IMG/VR virus record: IMGVR_UViG_3300025645_000111 | Location: 1 to 51,015 of that record | Direction: 5' to 3' (one strand) | Length of the DNA: 51,015 nucleotides | Origin: a virus | Lineage: Duplodnaviria > Caudoviricetes | Shown here: positions 35,492 to 43,671 of the stretch, piece after piece | Numbering within the stretch: position 1 is the first letter of the stretch | Layout of the letters: the number at the start of each line of letters is the position of its first letter | The notes under the pieces: generated by a model | What the model saw: the letters and a program-made list of their open reading frames with translations, nothing else | Databases searched by the model: none | What the model was told of the DNA's origin: nothing | Position numbers and translations under genes: made by a program

Positions 35492-35584
35492 TCACCTCGT
35501 AAGTAAATGCCAAAGGGCAATTGAGACAAATACGACAACTAGCGCTAAGCCTTTCCAAGTGTCGGGGTCTCTCCAATCATCCAT
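35492..35584 (-). CDS. 30-aa single-pass membrane microprotein
   Basis: MDDWRDPDTWKGLALVVVFVSIALWHLLTR fills the gap upstream of the synthetase. Confidence 0.55.
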   Translation of the reverse strand: MDDWRDPDTWKGLALVVVFVSIALWHLLTR

Positions 35585-35588
35585 TGCA

Positions 35589-35774
35589 TCACCTAAATGA
35601 ATCGTCTGGGCCCACTATCGGCCTCATGAAATTTTCGGTGCCTGGTTCAGATTCGGATCTAGCCACCCTATTATCAAAAAAATCTACTGCTTCATAATAA
35701 TCCATGTCGCTCTTTTCAACAAGCAAAGCGATGCAGCGGTCACGATCTCCAGGACCATCTCTAAAGTCAGTCAT
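35589..35774 (-). CDS. Hypothetical protein
   Basis: 61 aa acidic. Confidence 0.55.
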   Translation of the reverse strand: MTDFRDGPGDRDRCIALLVEKSDMDYYEAVDFFDNRVARSESEPGTENFMRPIVGPDDSFR

Positions 35775-35788
35775 TAACCAGGTACACT

Positions 35789-36145
35789 TTAGTCAGTTGG
35801 ATTAGGATCTTTGTAAAGGGCCTCAACAGTGCCGATCCTTATTGTGAGCTCATGAACACGGTCCTGCATTTCCCGCAGCTCGGACAAATCTCTATCAAGG
35901 CCCTCAATCATCATGTCTTGCCTGGCATCTGCCGGCAGAGCACCTAGCTGGCCCCTGGGCCAAAGGATGCGAAACTCAGAGTTGGACTTGATCTCAACAT
36001 CGGTTAGCTCAATCTTATGCTCCAGGGCAGTCAATCGAGACTCAACCGTAAAATACGCCATGGTCGATACCGCTGTAAAAGCAATCATTGCCAGGAGGTT
36101 TTTAAGTGGAATGGTGAGAGCGGTATTCTCGTTGAGCTCGGTCAT
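35789..36145 (-). CDS. Membrane-anchored coiled-coil protein
   Basis: 118 aa, N-terminal hydrophobic helix; FRILWPRG. Confidence 0.7.
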   Translation of the reverse strand: MTELNENTALTIPLKNLLAMIAFTAVSTMAYFTVESRLTALEHKIELTDVEIKSNSEFRILWPRGQLGALPADARQDMMIEGLDRDLSELREMQDRVHELTIRIGTVEALYKDPNPTD

Positions 36146-36390
36146 TACCGTTTCCTATAGGTCCTGGTCTTGCCAGCCACCTTCTTGGGCTGAGCGCTAT
36201 GCTGCTTACCCTTCTTTGTATCCGCTCGCTTCTTCCTGGTAGTCGCTGCATATTCCTTGTCGGACAGCGCCTTGATAGCCTTCTTCGGTAAATAACGCTC
36301 ACCGGTTTCAGCGCTAGGCTTACCGGACTTCGTGGTCCATTTCTGTTTAGTCCACTTCTTCAGGGACTTTTGGGGTTTCTTTAATGCCAT
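36145..36390 (-). CDS. Small highly basic protein
   Basis: 81 aa; QKSLKKWTKQKW, TGERYLPKKAI. Confidence 0.75.
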   Translation of the reverse strand: MALKKPQKSLKKWTKQKWTTKSGKPSAETGERYLPKKAIKALSDKEYAATTRKKRADTKKGKQHSAQPKKVAGKTRTYRKR

Positions 36391-36575
36391 TATTTTTTAT
36401 AGCCTCCCCCCGCCTTCTTATATTCAGAAGCCAGCAATTGAGCCTTCCTGGCAGACCATTGACCCGCCTTTCCGCCCTTAGTACCAGCCTTGATACGATT
36501 GAACAGGTTTTTACGCATTGTGGGCTTAGTATAATTGCCCGAAGCATTCACCGTCGATTTTTTTTTGACCGCCAT
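36390..36575 (-). CDS. Small highly basic protein
   Basis: 61 aa; GQWSARKAQLLA...GGGY. Confidence 0.75.
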   Translation of the reverse strand: MAVKKKSTVNASGNYTKPTMRKNLFNRIKAGTKGGKAGQWSARKAQLLASEYKKAGGGYKK

Positions 36576-36993
36576 AACTACCCTCCTTAAAGTATTTACC
36601 CAATAGTATAAACCATTGGTCCAAAGTCATTACCACGGTTTGCGCGTTGTCGCGCTCGAAACCAGGGTTGATCGCGTGAATCGGCACGCAGACCCTTATG
36701 GCTTTGTTGTTAAACTTATAGATAAGGACGGGAGTTCTGTCACCGCACGCCTCAAGCACCTGGTCCCACCAGGCGGGGGCATACCACCAGCCACTCTTAT
36801 ACGCCTTGGCCTCAATAGCATGACCAGGTATCTCAATGTCACACATGCCTGCAGTCTGATATTGATCGAGGTTGCGCTTACAGGTGAGGTCCTGGCCATT
36901 ACCATCGACTACCCCGTTATCCGCGAAAAAAGTATTTAGGCGCTTGACCAAATCACGCTCGAAGGCAGCTCCTTTGTTGCGTGAATCAGCCAT
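36526..36993 (-). CDS. PD-(D/E)XK nuclease, Holliday-junction resolvase-like
   Basis: SRNKGAAFER...CDI...AIEAK. Confidence 0.7.
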   Translation of the reverse strand: MADSRNKGAAFERDLVKRLNTFFADNGVVDGNGQDLTCKRNLDQYQTAGMCDIEIPGHAIEAKAYKSGWWYAPAWWDQVLEACGDRTPVLIYKFNNKAIRVCVPIHAINPGFERDNAQTVVMTLDQWFILLGKYFKEGSYGGQKKIDGECFGQLY

Positions 36994-37517
36994 ATCATCA
37001 TTTCCTTTTATTTAAAAATTTGAAAAAAATTTTTCCCCCCAGGCAACCCAAACGTCCCTAGAGTTTACCCCCCTGGACAATTTGGTGTGCAAAAATTTGC
37101 ACATAGAATCTGAAAGGGCAAAGTGTTTATCCATTACAGAATTTTAGTTACTGAATGTGTAAAACTCAAGTAAACCTATCCCGCTGGCCGCCGCCCCATT
37201 TAGGGGGGTGCCGCCCCAAAAAAACCAAAGGGATTCGATCTCGTTTTCTGGATCCATAGGGGTCCAATAAAATCCTGCCCTGGTGGCCCATATCCAGGCA
37301 AATCAGGCCCAATCAGCCCTGTTTGTGACCCCCGTGCTCACAGGGGGCGCGGACCAGGCTGCTCAATCCCTGGCAAAACCTGCCCTATATCACTGATTCT
37401 TATGGGAATTCCCTTTTTTATAACTTTTTTGCATATATCTGGGCACCAAAAAGAAAGAGCCCTCTTTCTTGGTTATATTCAACCTTCCCCAGGCTACCCT
37501 TTGCTTCGCAACTTGCG
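36994..37517. other. 524-bp non-coding region downstream of terS (candidate packaging site or genome end)
   Basis: No ORF of 60 aa or more; G, C, A and T homopolymer runs and palindromes such as TGTGCAAAAATTTGCACA near 37087. Confidence 0.4.
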
Positions 37518-38045
37518 CTACACATCCTTGTCATCGTAGGTAGTTTTTATGCCCAATAAATCGTTCAGCCTCTCCTTGATATCCTCCTTGGTCATGCGCT
37601 CCAGGTTGGCGTTGATGTTAAGGTTTTGGCTGCGTTGTATTGACAGACCTGCCAGGCTGTTGAGCTCCTTCACCGCACTCACGGCAGCATTGTATGCGCC
37701 CTGCTCGAACGATGTCTCGGCGATATTCCATAGCATCGCACCAGTCTTTTCTGGCGTGATTGCATATTTCTCGCGCAGCTCTTCCTGGGCGATCCGCACT
37801 GCTTTTGTCACCTTCGGATGATCCCTACCGTTCAGCATCTTCGATGCGGCATTAGCTGGGAAGCTGAAGCCTGCTCTTCGAGCTGCCTCTGTCTGTCCGC
37901 ATGCACCTTCGGTGTAGTGCCAGACGAACCCTGCTTGCATATCGGTAATGCCCAGCTCCTCGTCTGCGACGAATTGAATGGGCGCGTTTGTGAGCTTAGG
38001 CTTTTCCTTCTTGGGTCTGCCTAATTTCTTTTCTTCTTCAGCCAT
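37518..38045 (-). CDS. terS: Terminase small subunit
   Basis: TDMQAGFVWHY...TEAARRAGF...ASKML...PKV HTH pattern. Confidence 0.78.
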   Translation of the reverse strand: MAEEEKKLGRPKKEKPKLTNAPIQFVADEELGITDMQAGFVWHYTEGACGQTEAARRAGFSFPANAASKMLNGRDHPKVTKAVRIAQEELREKYAITPEKTGAMLWNIAETSFEQGAYNAAVSAVKELNSLAGLSIQRSQNLNINANLERMTKEDIKERLNDLLGIKTTYDDKDV

Positions 38046-38197
38046 AAGTCTCCTGCCATTTTTGCGAACATCCGTTCGGCCTCACCGTGGGCCAGTGGTC
38101 TCTCGCCGTAGCTCTCTCTTTCATCTTTGTTCATTAGCCGCCACTTATTGAAATTTTCGTTATAAGTAAGCTGCTCATCATAATCAAACACATCCAT
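38021..38197 (-). CDS. Hypothetical protein (58 aa)
   Basis: Manual translation MDVFDYDEQLTYNENFNKWRLMN...; GGAG RBS. Confidence 0.6.
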   Translation of the reverse strand: MDVFDYDEQLTYNENFNKWRLMNKDERESYGERPLAHGEAERMFAKMAGDLWLKKKRN

Positions 38198-38199
38198 AG

Positions 38200-38503
38200 T
38201 CTTCTCCAGTGTACAGTGTAGGGTATAGTAGGTGTCTCATAGTAAGGCTATATGACCCTATATAAACTATAAATAACTCTACTTTATACTTATATAAAAC
38301 TGCTCTACCTAAAAGACTATACCCTACCCTACCTATAAAAAAACAAGCGATATATCAAGGACTTACGCATACACCTAACAGGGTACAGTGTATAGCTAAT
38401 CTCATTGTATAAATTTGCATACATTATCGTGTCCACTTATACCAACTTTATACATCGACACGATACACCAATTATGCCTACCTGTACCCTGCACCTCACC
38501 CTG
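38200..38503. other. Candidate replication origin / control region
   Basis: AT-rich non-coding tract next to the primase-helicase with GTACAGTGTA x2, TACCC repeats and an inverted GACACGATA pair. Confidence 0.45.
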
Positions 38504-40666
38504 TCACATATCCCACTTCGGGGCCGGTGGGAAGGTGTCATCTGCGGTGACTACCGCGTCATAATCCAGGTCATATATCTTCTTGCCATTGCTATATCTT
38601 GGTTCAACACCACGATCAGCGAGCACCCTGGCAGCGTCTTTGAAGTCCGCCATCCTGGGGTTGTTGATTCCCATGTCTCTGAGCAAGTGCGTCATTTGCA
38701 CTGGCTTCTTGTCTGCACTGTCAAACCGTATGTATTGTAGCAGTAGGTCTTCGACCGCGCTCTGGGTTCTAAAGAACTCGTTGCTGTCCTGCAGCATGAC
38801 CCGCTCTTCACTTGTAAGGAACCAGTTACGATCTCCCTTGGCATACATCGTCTGCTTGATCTCGGCCCACACTTGTTGCATGTTCAAGCCATGGCGCCAG
38901 TCTATCTCTGTCACCGGTACAACCCAGAACCGTCTGTTGCCGCTGGTGTCGATCAAGAACTCCCTCTCATTCACACTGGCATAGAACGCTGTGCGCCGCT
39001 GGTAATTGCTAAACGCTCGGTCATAAGGTAGGCGTAACTCATCGCTGCGCTTGGTTAGGAATGCCTTGAGCTGGTCAATATCTGCACGCTTGAAGGTGGA
39101 TCCCAACTCTCCGAGCTCGCATATCCAATGGCTAACACACTGCTTCACACTGTCCTTGTCCTGGGGATTCAGTGTAGCGCCTTCCAGCAGCCACTCTTTG
39201 TTCGGTGCCAGGCTGTTGAACCACTGCGTCTTACCGACTGCCTGGGCTCCCTGGAATACCAGGATACCCTCCAAATTAGCTCCGCCCTCCTCGCATGCTG
39301 CAGCAACACATCCTTGCAGCCACTTCTTCATCAGCATCTCTTTGAGCGGCTCATTAGGACTCTTAATGGTATCTAGGAACATCTGCAGCCTGGCCTTTCC
39401 ATCCCAGGGCTCACTCTCCATCCACTCCTTGACCGGATTGTACTCCCTGGCCAGCAGCTTCAGATTGAACCGGATACGTTCATGGGGGATCCCCATCTTG
39501 ATAGCACGGTCCTCGATCTCAATAATCGCCGCGTCATCCTTTAGGTCAGCGATAAACTTCTGGTTGGGTATGTGTATCTCGATCGCCTTCTTAATGACGT
39601 TGTAGTCCACCTCTATCTGATTGGTAACCAGGACGCCACGATGATTGTCCTTGGTGTGCAGGAAGCGCCCATTGCTGTTGCGCTCAAAGTCATACTCCTC
39701 CGGTATCCTCACCTCTTGCAGCGCCGGAATCACCTCTCCCTGCAGCGCTTCTTTGTGATCGTTGTAATCCCCCTTAGACTGCGGCATCAACACCTCAGCC
39801 TGGCCACCCCCACTCTTCACCGCCTGGGCTGCCTTAATTGCCTCTTTCTCGCCGGTCGCATTGTCATCGAAATCCGCGATGAAAATATGCTTGGCCTCAG
39901 CGAAGTGCTTGAATATGACTTCCGCAACAGGAGCCAGGTTGTAAGCATCAAAGCTCACCACCACCGGCTGCTTCATATCCTGGTAGTAACTGGCAGCTGT
40001 CGCATACCCTTCACAGTAGTTGATAGTGTGAGCGCCCTGGAGTAGGTCCTGGCCCAGGATGAAGAAGCTGCCCTTCTTCTTGGAACCAGTAAGGAACATC
40101 TTCCCCCCACCATCGTCAATATACTGCAGACCGACAATACTGAGAGATGCGTCCAGGAGAGGGATCATCAAGCGCCCATCGTTGTGCTGCTTGAGACCGT
40201 GACTTAATACATTCTTCTTGGTTAGGTAAGGGTGCTCGCTGCAGTCCTGGGCACCCTCCCAGATATTAGTGCTGCGCTTAGCAGCTCGGTTGTTCTTCTC
40301 TTCTTTCTTTGCCTGAGCTTCTGCCTGGAGCTGCTTGATCTCCTCTCGCTGCTCATCAGTCATCTTATAGCTGCTGCTGTTGTTCGGCTTCCAGGTTGCG
40401 GTGGGGTTAGCACTATCTACACGATAGTCACCGCATCGGCCAAAAGGGACGGTCTGGTCCGCCCAAAATTGATACCAACCAGTGAGCTTCTGCTTGCCAC
40501 CGACATCCATATAGGCTCTGCCAATGCTGCCATCGACCAGGAGGCCCTTCTTTTGGTCCAGTTGTAAGCCATTGTCTGCCAGGAACGATTCAAACTCTTG
40601 CCGGAAATTGCCCGTTATGGGCCTTGATTTATCTTTTTTATTGGTTGCACTGACTAGAAATGACAT
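38504..40666 (-). CDS. Toprim primase fused to a VapE-family helicase
   Basis: HPYLTKK, LQYI, CEGYATA, IADFDD (Toprim); FQGAQAVGKT Walker A, ELGEL, RLPYDR, GNRRFWV (VapE); probable start 40666. Confidence 0.85.
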   Translation of the reverse strand: MSFLVSATNKKDKSRPITGNFRQEFESFLADNGLQLDQKKGLLVDGSIGRAYMDVGGKQKLTGWYQFWADQTVPFGRCGDYRVDSANPTATWKPNNSSSYKMTDEQREEIKQLQAEAQAKKEEKNNRAAKRSTNIWEGAQDCSEHPYLTKKNVLSHGLKQHNDGRLMIPLLDASLSIVGLQYIDDGGGKMFLTGSKKKGSFFILGQDLLQGAHTINYCEGYATAASYYQDMKQPVVVSFDAYNLAPVAEVIFKHFAEAKHIFIADFDDNATGEKEAIKAAQAVKSGGGQAEVLMPQSKGDYNDHKEALQGEVIPALQEVRIPEEYDFERNSNGRFLHTKDNHRGVLVTNQIEVDYNVIKKAIEIHIPNQKFIADLKDDAAIIEIEDRAIKMGIPHERIRFNLKLLAREYNPVKEWMESEPWDGKARLQMFLDTIKSPNEPLKEMLMKKWLQGCVAAACEEGGANLEGILVFQGAQAVGKTQWFNSLAPNKEWLLEGATLNPQDKDSVKQCVSHWICELGELGSTFKRADIDQLKAFLTKRSDELRLPYDRAFSNYQRRTAFYASVNEREFLIDTSGNRRFWVVPVTEIDWRHGLNMQQVWAEIKQTMYAKGDRNWFLTSEERVMLQDSNEFFRTQSAVEDLLLQYIRFDSADKKPVQMTHLLRDMGINNPRMADFKDAARVLADRGVEPRYSNGKKIYDLDYDAVVTADDTFPPAPKWDM

Positions 40667-40740
40667 TATTTTGTTGATCCTCCGCTTAGAATGTGTAGAA
40701 TAGTGCAAACTTATACAAACAATCAAGAGGTATTTGCAAA

Positions 40741-41496
40741 ATGGCACTAACAGCAAGCGCAGGATCGGGTGGTGAATCCACCTTTGAAACCGTACCACCA
40801 GGCTCTTACGAGGCTATCTGCTATCGACTTGTCGATGCAGGCACAGCGGAGGAAGATTACAAGGGAGAGATCTCCAAGAAGCATAAAATTTATATCTTCT
40901 GGGAAATCCCTGAGCTCACACTGAGCGATGGCCGCCCATATTCTATCTTCCACGGGTACACTTTGTCACTTAATGAGCGCAGTAATCTGCGTCGAGATCT
41001 CCAGGCATGGCGTAACCGGCCATTCACTGAGGAAGAGCTGCAGGCTTTTGACCTGACCAAGCTGCTCGGTGTGACCTGTAAGATCAACGTGGTCCTAAAT
41101 AGCAACGGCAACGCAAAGGTTGATGGCATTTTCTGCTCTGACCAGGGCGCCAAGCGCGTTGAAACCACGAACCCGACCTCAGTGTTTGACCTCGAAGAGT
41201 ACACCAAAGAATTTTCCGGCGAGAGCTGCGAGGCCAGCAAGGCGATGTGCGATGTCTTTGAAGAGCTGCCACGCTTCATCCAATGGCGAATTGCCGGTTG
41301 CGATGAAGACGGTAGAGACCAGCAGGCCCCGTGCTTTGAAGTGGCTGCAGCCTGGAAGAAAGGCGGCAATGTAACCAGCACACCACCTGTGTCTGGCTTA
41401 GAAGCAATGGCTGCTGATAAAGCAAAAGCGACAAAGAAGTCAAAAAAGAAGGAAGAGCCTGAAGAGGACTTCATCGACGACGACATCCCGTTTTAG
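40741..41496 (+). CDS. Single-stranded DNA-binding-like replication protein
   Basis: 251 aa with acidic DDDIPF C-terminal tail; divergent from the primase. Confidence 0.7.
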   Translation: MALTASAGSGGESTFETVPPGSYEAICYRLVDAGTAEEDYKGEISKKHKIYIFWEIPELTLSDGRPYSIFHGYTLSLNERSNLRRDLQAWRNRPFTEEELQAFDLTKLLGVTCKINVVLNSNGNAKVDGIFCSDQGAKRVETTNPTSVFDLEEYTKEFSGESCEASKAMCDVFEELPRFIQWRIAGCDEDGRDQQAPCFEVAAAWKKGGNVTSTPPVSGLEAMAADKAKATKKSKKKEEPEEDFIDDDIPF

Positions 41497-41505
41497 GAAC
41501 CTGCT

Positions 41506-41943
41506 ATGAAAATTGAACTCACAGACGACCAGCGAGAAGACCTGGAGGCGTTCCAGGTCAATGGCGGCCTGAGCAATACAGCAATGGCTGGGCACCTGGG
41601 TGTTAGCCCTGGGGTTTGGTCAAGAGCAATGGAAGGCCAGCCGGTACGCATCAGCAGCTACAAGAAACTGGTGGCGTGCCTGGAGCCTGACGTTGATGAC
41701 CAGATGGCAGCTGCCCACGATATGGTCAACTCACCCAACCATTATGCTGACTCCGAGATAGAGTGCATTGACGCTATGGTTGCAGCCTTTGGCACCGAGC
41801 GTGTCAGGGCTTACTGTGAGCTTGCTGCATTCAAGTATCAGTGGCGATGTGGGAAGAAACCAGGCAATGACGCCGACCAGGAAAAGGCCAAATCAGTTTG
41901 GTATTTACGTTACTCAATGGGGGACGACCCCCGAAAGGATTAG
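41506..41943 (+). CDS. Cro-like HTH fused to a DUF3310-like domain
   Basis: LSNTAMAGHLGVSPGVWSRAMEG then DMVNSPNHY...IECID...KYQWRCGKK...VWYL. Confidence 0.7.
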   Translation: MKIELTDDQREDLEAFQVNGGLSNTAMAGHLGVSPGVWSRAMEGQPVRISSYKKLVACLEPDVDDQMAAAHDMVNSPNHYADSEIECIDAMVAAFGTERVRAYCELAAFKYQWRCGKKPGNDADQEKAKSVWYLRYSMGDDPRKD

Positions 41944-41944
41944 T

Positions 41945-42715
41945 ATGGATTTTAAACCAGGCATATACGAAGACCTCGATTATCCAACATATGACTCCAT
42001 CCCCGCATGGAGATCCCACGATTTAACCTCGATAGCCAAGTGCCCATTCACCTGGAAGAACCGCAAGTTCAACAACTCGCCGGCTCTCCTGGAGGGCAGG
42101 GTGCAGCACACCGTCTTTCTGGAGCATCACAAGTTCCACGACGAATTTGCCCTGGAGCCCAATGTGGACCGGCGCACTAAGGTGGGCAAAGAAGAGTATG
42201 CCGATTGGCTTACCTCGGTTGGTGACCGCACCCCTTGCAAGCAAGATATGTATGAAGTCTGCATGGAGCGCCGAGAGGTAGTTGCTGAGTACATACCCAA
42301 GCCAGAGCATCGAGTAGAGCTCACGCTTTGCTGGGAATGGTTGGGGCAGCCATGTAAGGGCAAATTAGATTGGCATACTGGCACTGACATCTGGGACCTC
42401 AAGACTTGCAGAGACGCATCCCCCAGGGGCTTCAAGTCAGCTATTAACAGCTTCAAGTATCACCAGCAAGCAGCCTATTATGTTGCCGGCTGCCGAGCCG
42501 TTGGTCTTCCGACTGAGAAGTTTTACTTCCTGGCCCAGGAGAAGATGGCCCCTTACCCCTATGCTGTCTATACCCTTTCAGATGAAGCCATAGCCTACGC
42601 AGATGCTAAGAATGAACAGGCCCTGGCAATCGGTATGGCGTGCAGGGAGAGTGACATCTACCTGCCTTATAACCAGGAAGGCATCAAGGAGTTTGACATA
42701 GGTGATCTTTACTAA
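41945..42715 (+). CDS. PD-(D/E)XK exonuclease VIII/RecE-like protein
   Basis: GRVQH, CKGKLDW, DLKT, YHQQAAYY; probable start 41945. Confidence 0.82.
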   Translation: MDFKPGIYEDLDYPTYDSIPAWRSHDLTSIAKCPFTWKNRKFNNSPALLEGRVQHTVFLEHHKFHDEFALEPNVDRRTKVGKEEYADWLTSVGDRTPCKQDMYEVCMERREVVAEYIPKPEHRVELTLCWEWLGQPCKGKLDWHTGTDIWDLKTCRDASPRGFKSAINSFKYHQQAAYYVAGCRAVGLPTEKFYFLAQEKMAPYPYAVYTLSDEAIAYADAKNEQALAIGMACRESDIYLPYNQEGIKEFDIGDLY

Positions 42716-42908
42716 AGAAGAGCAGGAGCGTGAGGACATGTGGGCTGAGCAGAAAAAGTATTATGCTGCCAGGTCAGTATGGCGTAAACGCTTCCAGGAA
42801 GTCCCCAGCAGGCGCCACGGCAAAACTTGGGGCCAGTGGTTCGAGAAGATGTTTGGAGAGAACCTGGACGATTACGCTAAGCGTATGGCTAAAAAAAAGC
42901 CTGGGTGA
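42702..42908 (+). CDS. Hypothetical protein
   Basis: 68 aa; TWGQWFEKMFG. Confidence 0.65.
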   Translation: MIFTKEEQEREDMWAEQKKYYAARSVWRKRFQEVPSRRHGKTWGQWFEKMFGENLDDYAKRMAKKKPG

Positions 42909-42915
42909 CCAGGCT
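42891..42915 (-). terminator. Terminator between convergent operons
   Basis: AGCCTGG-GTGA-CCAGGCT hairpin with a T-run on the minus strand. Confidence 0.7.
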
Positions 42916-43003
42916 ATTTATTTCTAAATCTCCACCAATCAATTAGGTTTTGAATCACTAAGACTGCAATTAAGCAGTCTAAAAAAAGTAAAAAATCAAT
43001 CAT
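42914..43003 (-). CDS. 29-aa hydrophobic microprotein
   Basis: MIDFLLFLDCLIAVLVIQNLIDWWRFRNK, overlapping the upstream stop. Confidence 0.4.
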   Translation of the reverse strand: MIDFLLFLDCLIAVLVIQNLIDWWRFRNK

Positions 43004-43151
43004 CGCAGGCTTTGCACCAGGGAATATCCCTCCCCTCTTCATCCTCTACCAGGCCAAGCTCCTCACCACACTTTTCACAGAACTCAGCCTCCACCCAATC
43101 AAGGTCCCCATGATGCCAGTCGGGGTCCTTGATATCCCAGTCACCGATCAC
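42996..43151 (-). CDS. Small zinc-ribbon protein (51 aa)
   Basis: GTG start overlapping the upstream TGA; CEKC...CKAC. Confidence 0.6.
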   Translation of the reverse strand: MIGDWDIKDPDWHHGDLDWVEAEFCEKCGEELGLVEDEEGRDIPWCKACDD

Positions 43152-43486
43152 CACTCAATCCTGTCGTGAATGGCAACTGCTCCATACCAACTTTGACCTA
43201 AAAGCTCTCGACATTTATCGCTGAAACGACTGTCGCTTGTTCCACCATAGTTTCCGCCAAACATTGTCCACTTGCCTTCAGCATCCGCCGGCTCGATTCT
43301 CAATATCTTTCTACCACCTATCGGCTCAGCCATAACCAAGACAGCAGCGGGGCTGTCTTCGCTGGGCTCAAATGGCCCCTCAACATTTGTGAGACATAAC
43401 TGCTTTGCGGTAGCGCTAATACCGCCTGCGGTGCTGTCACCAAGATCGTTTCGATAAACATAAACTGTCATACCCATTAGAACCAC
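43148..43486 (-). CDS. Hypothetical early protein
   Basis: 112 aa; MFGGNY..TSDSRF...IHDRIE. Confidence 0.72.
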   Translation of the reverse strand: MVLMGMTVYVYRNDLGDSTAGGISATAKQLCLTNVEGPFEPSEDSPAAVLVMAEPIGGRKILRIEPADAEGKWTMFGGNYGGTSDSRFSDKCRELLGQSWYGAVAIHDRIEW

Positions 43487-43671
43487 TCCTTTTGACCAGT
43501 AATTGCGTGACGCATCTCAAGCACAACAAAGGGACATGTCACATCCATTGTCTGGGTTCCAGCCCACTCACAAGCCTGGTCCCAGGTTGGGAACCGCATG
43601 ACCTTGAAGCCATGCTGCCCATTCTTTACACCTCCACAGTGAAAGGTATCCATCTCAACCGTAATCATCAC
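43477..43671 (-). CDS. Hypothetical protein
   Basis: 64 aa, GGAGG RBS. Confidence 0.65.
   Translation of the reverse strand: MMITVEMDTFHCGGVKNGQHGFKVMRFPTWDQACEWAGTQTMDVTCPFVVLEMRHAITGQKEWF

Noticed and set aside
36994-37517. tRNA or other known RNA gene
   Set aside because: No cloverleaf or T-loop consensus recognisable by eye; a tRNAscan/Infernal run would be needed to exclude it fully
42961-42980. Hairpin AGACTGC-AATTAA-GCAGTCT as a terminator
   Set aside because: The T-run precedes the stem on the minus strand and an A-run follows it on the plus strand, so the geometry is wrong
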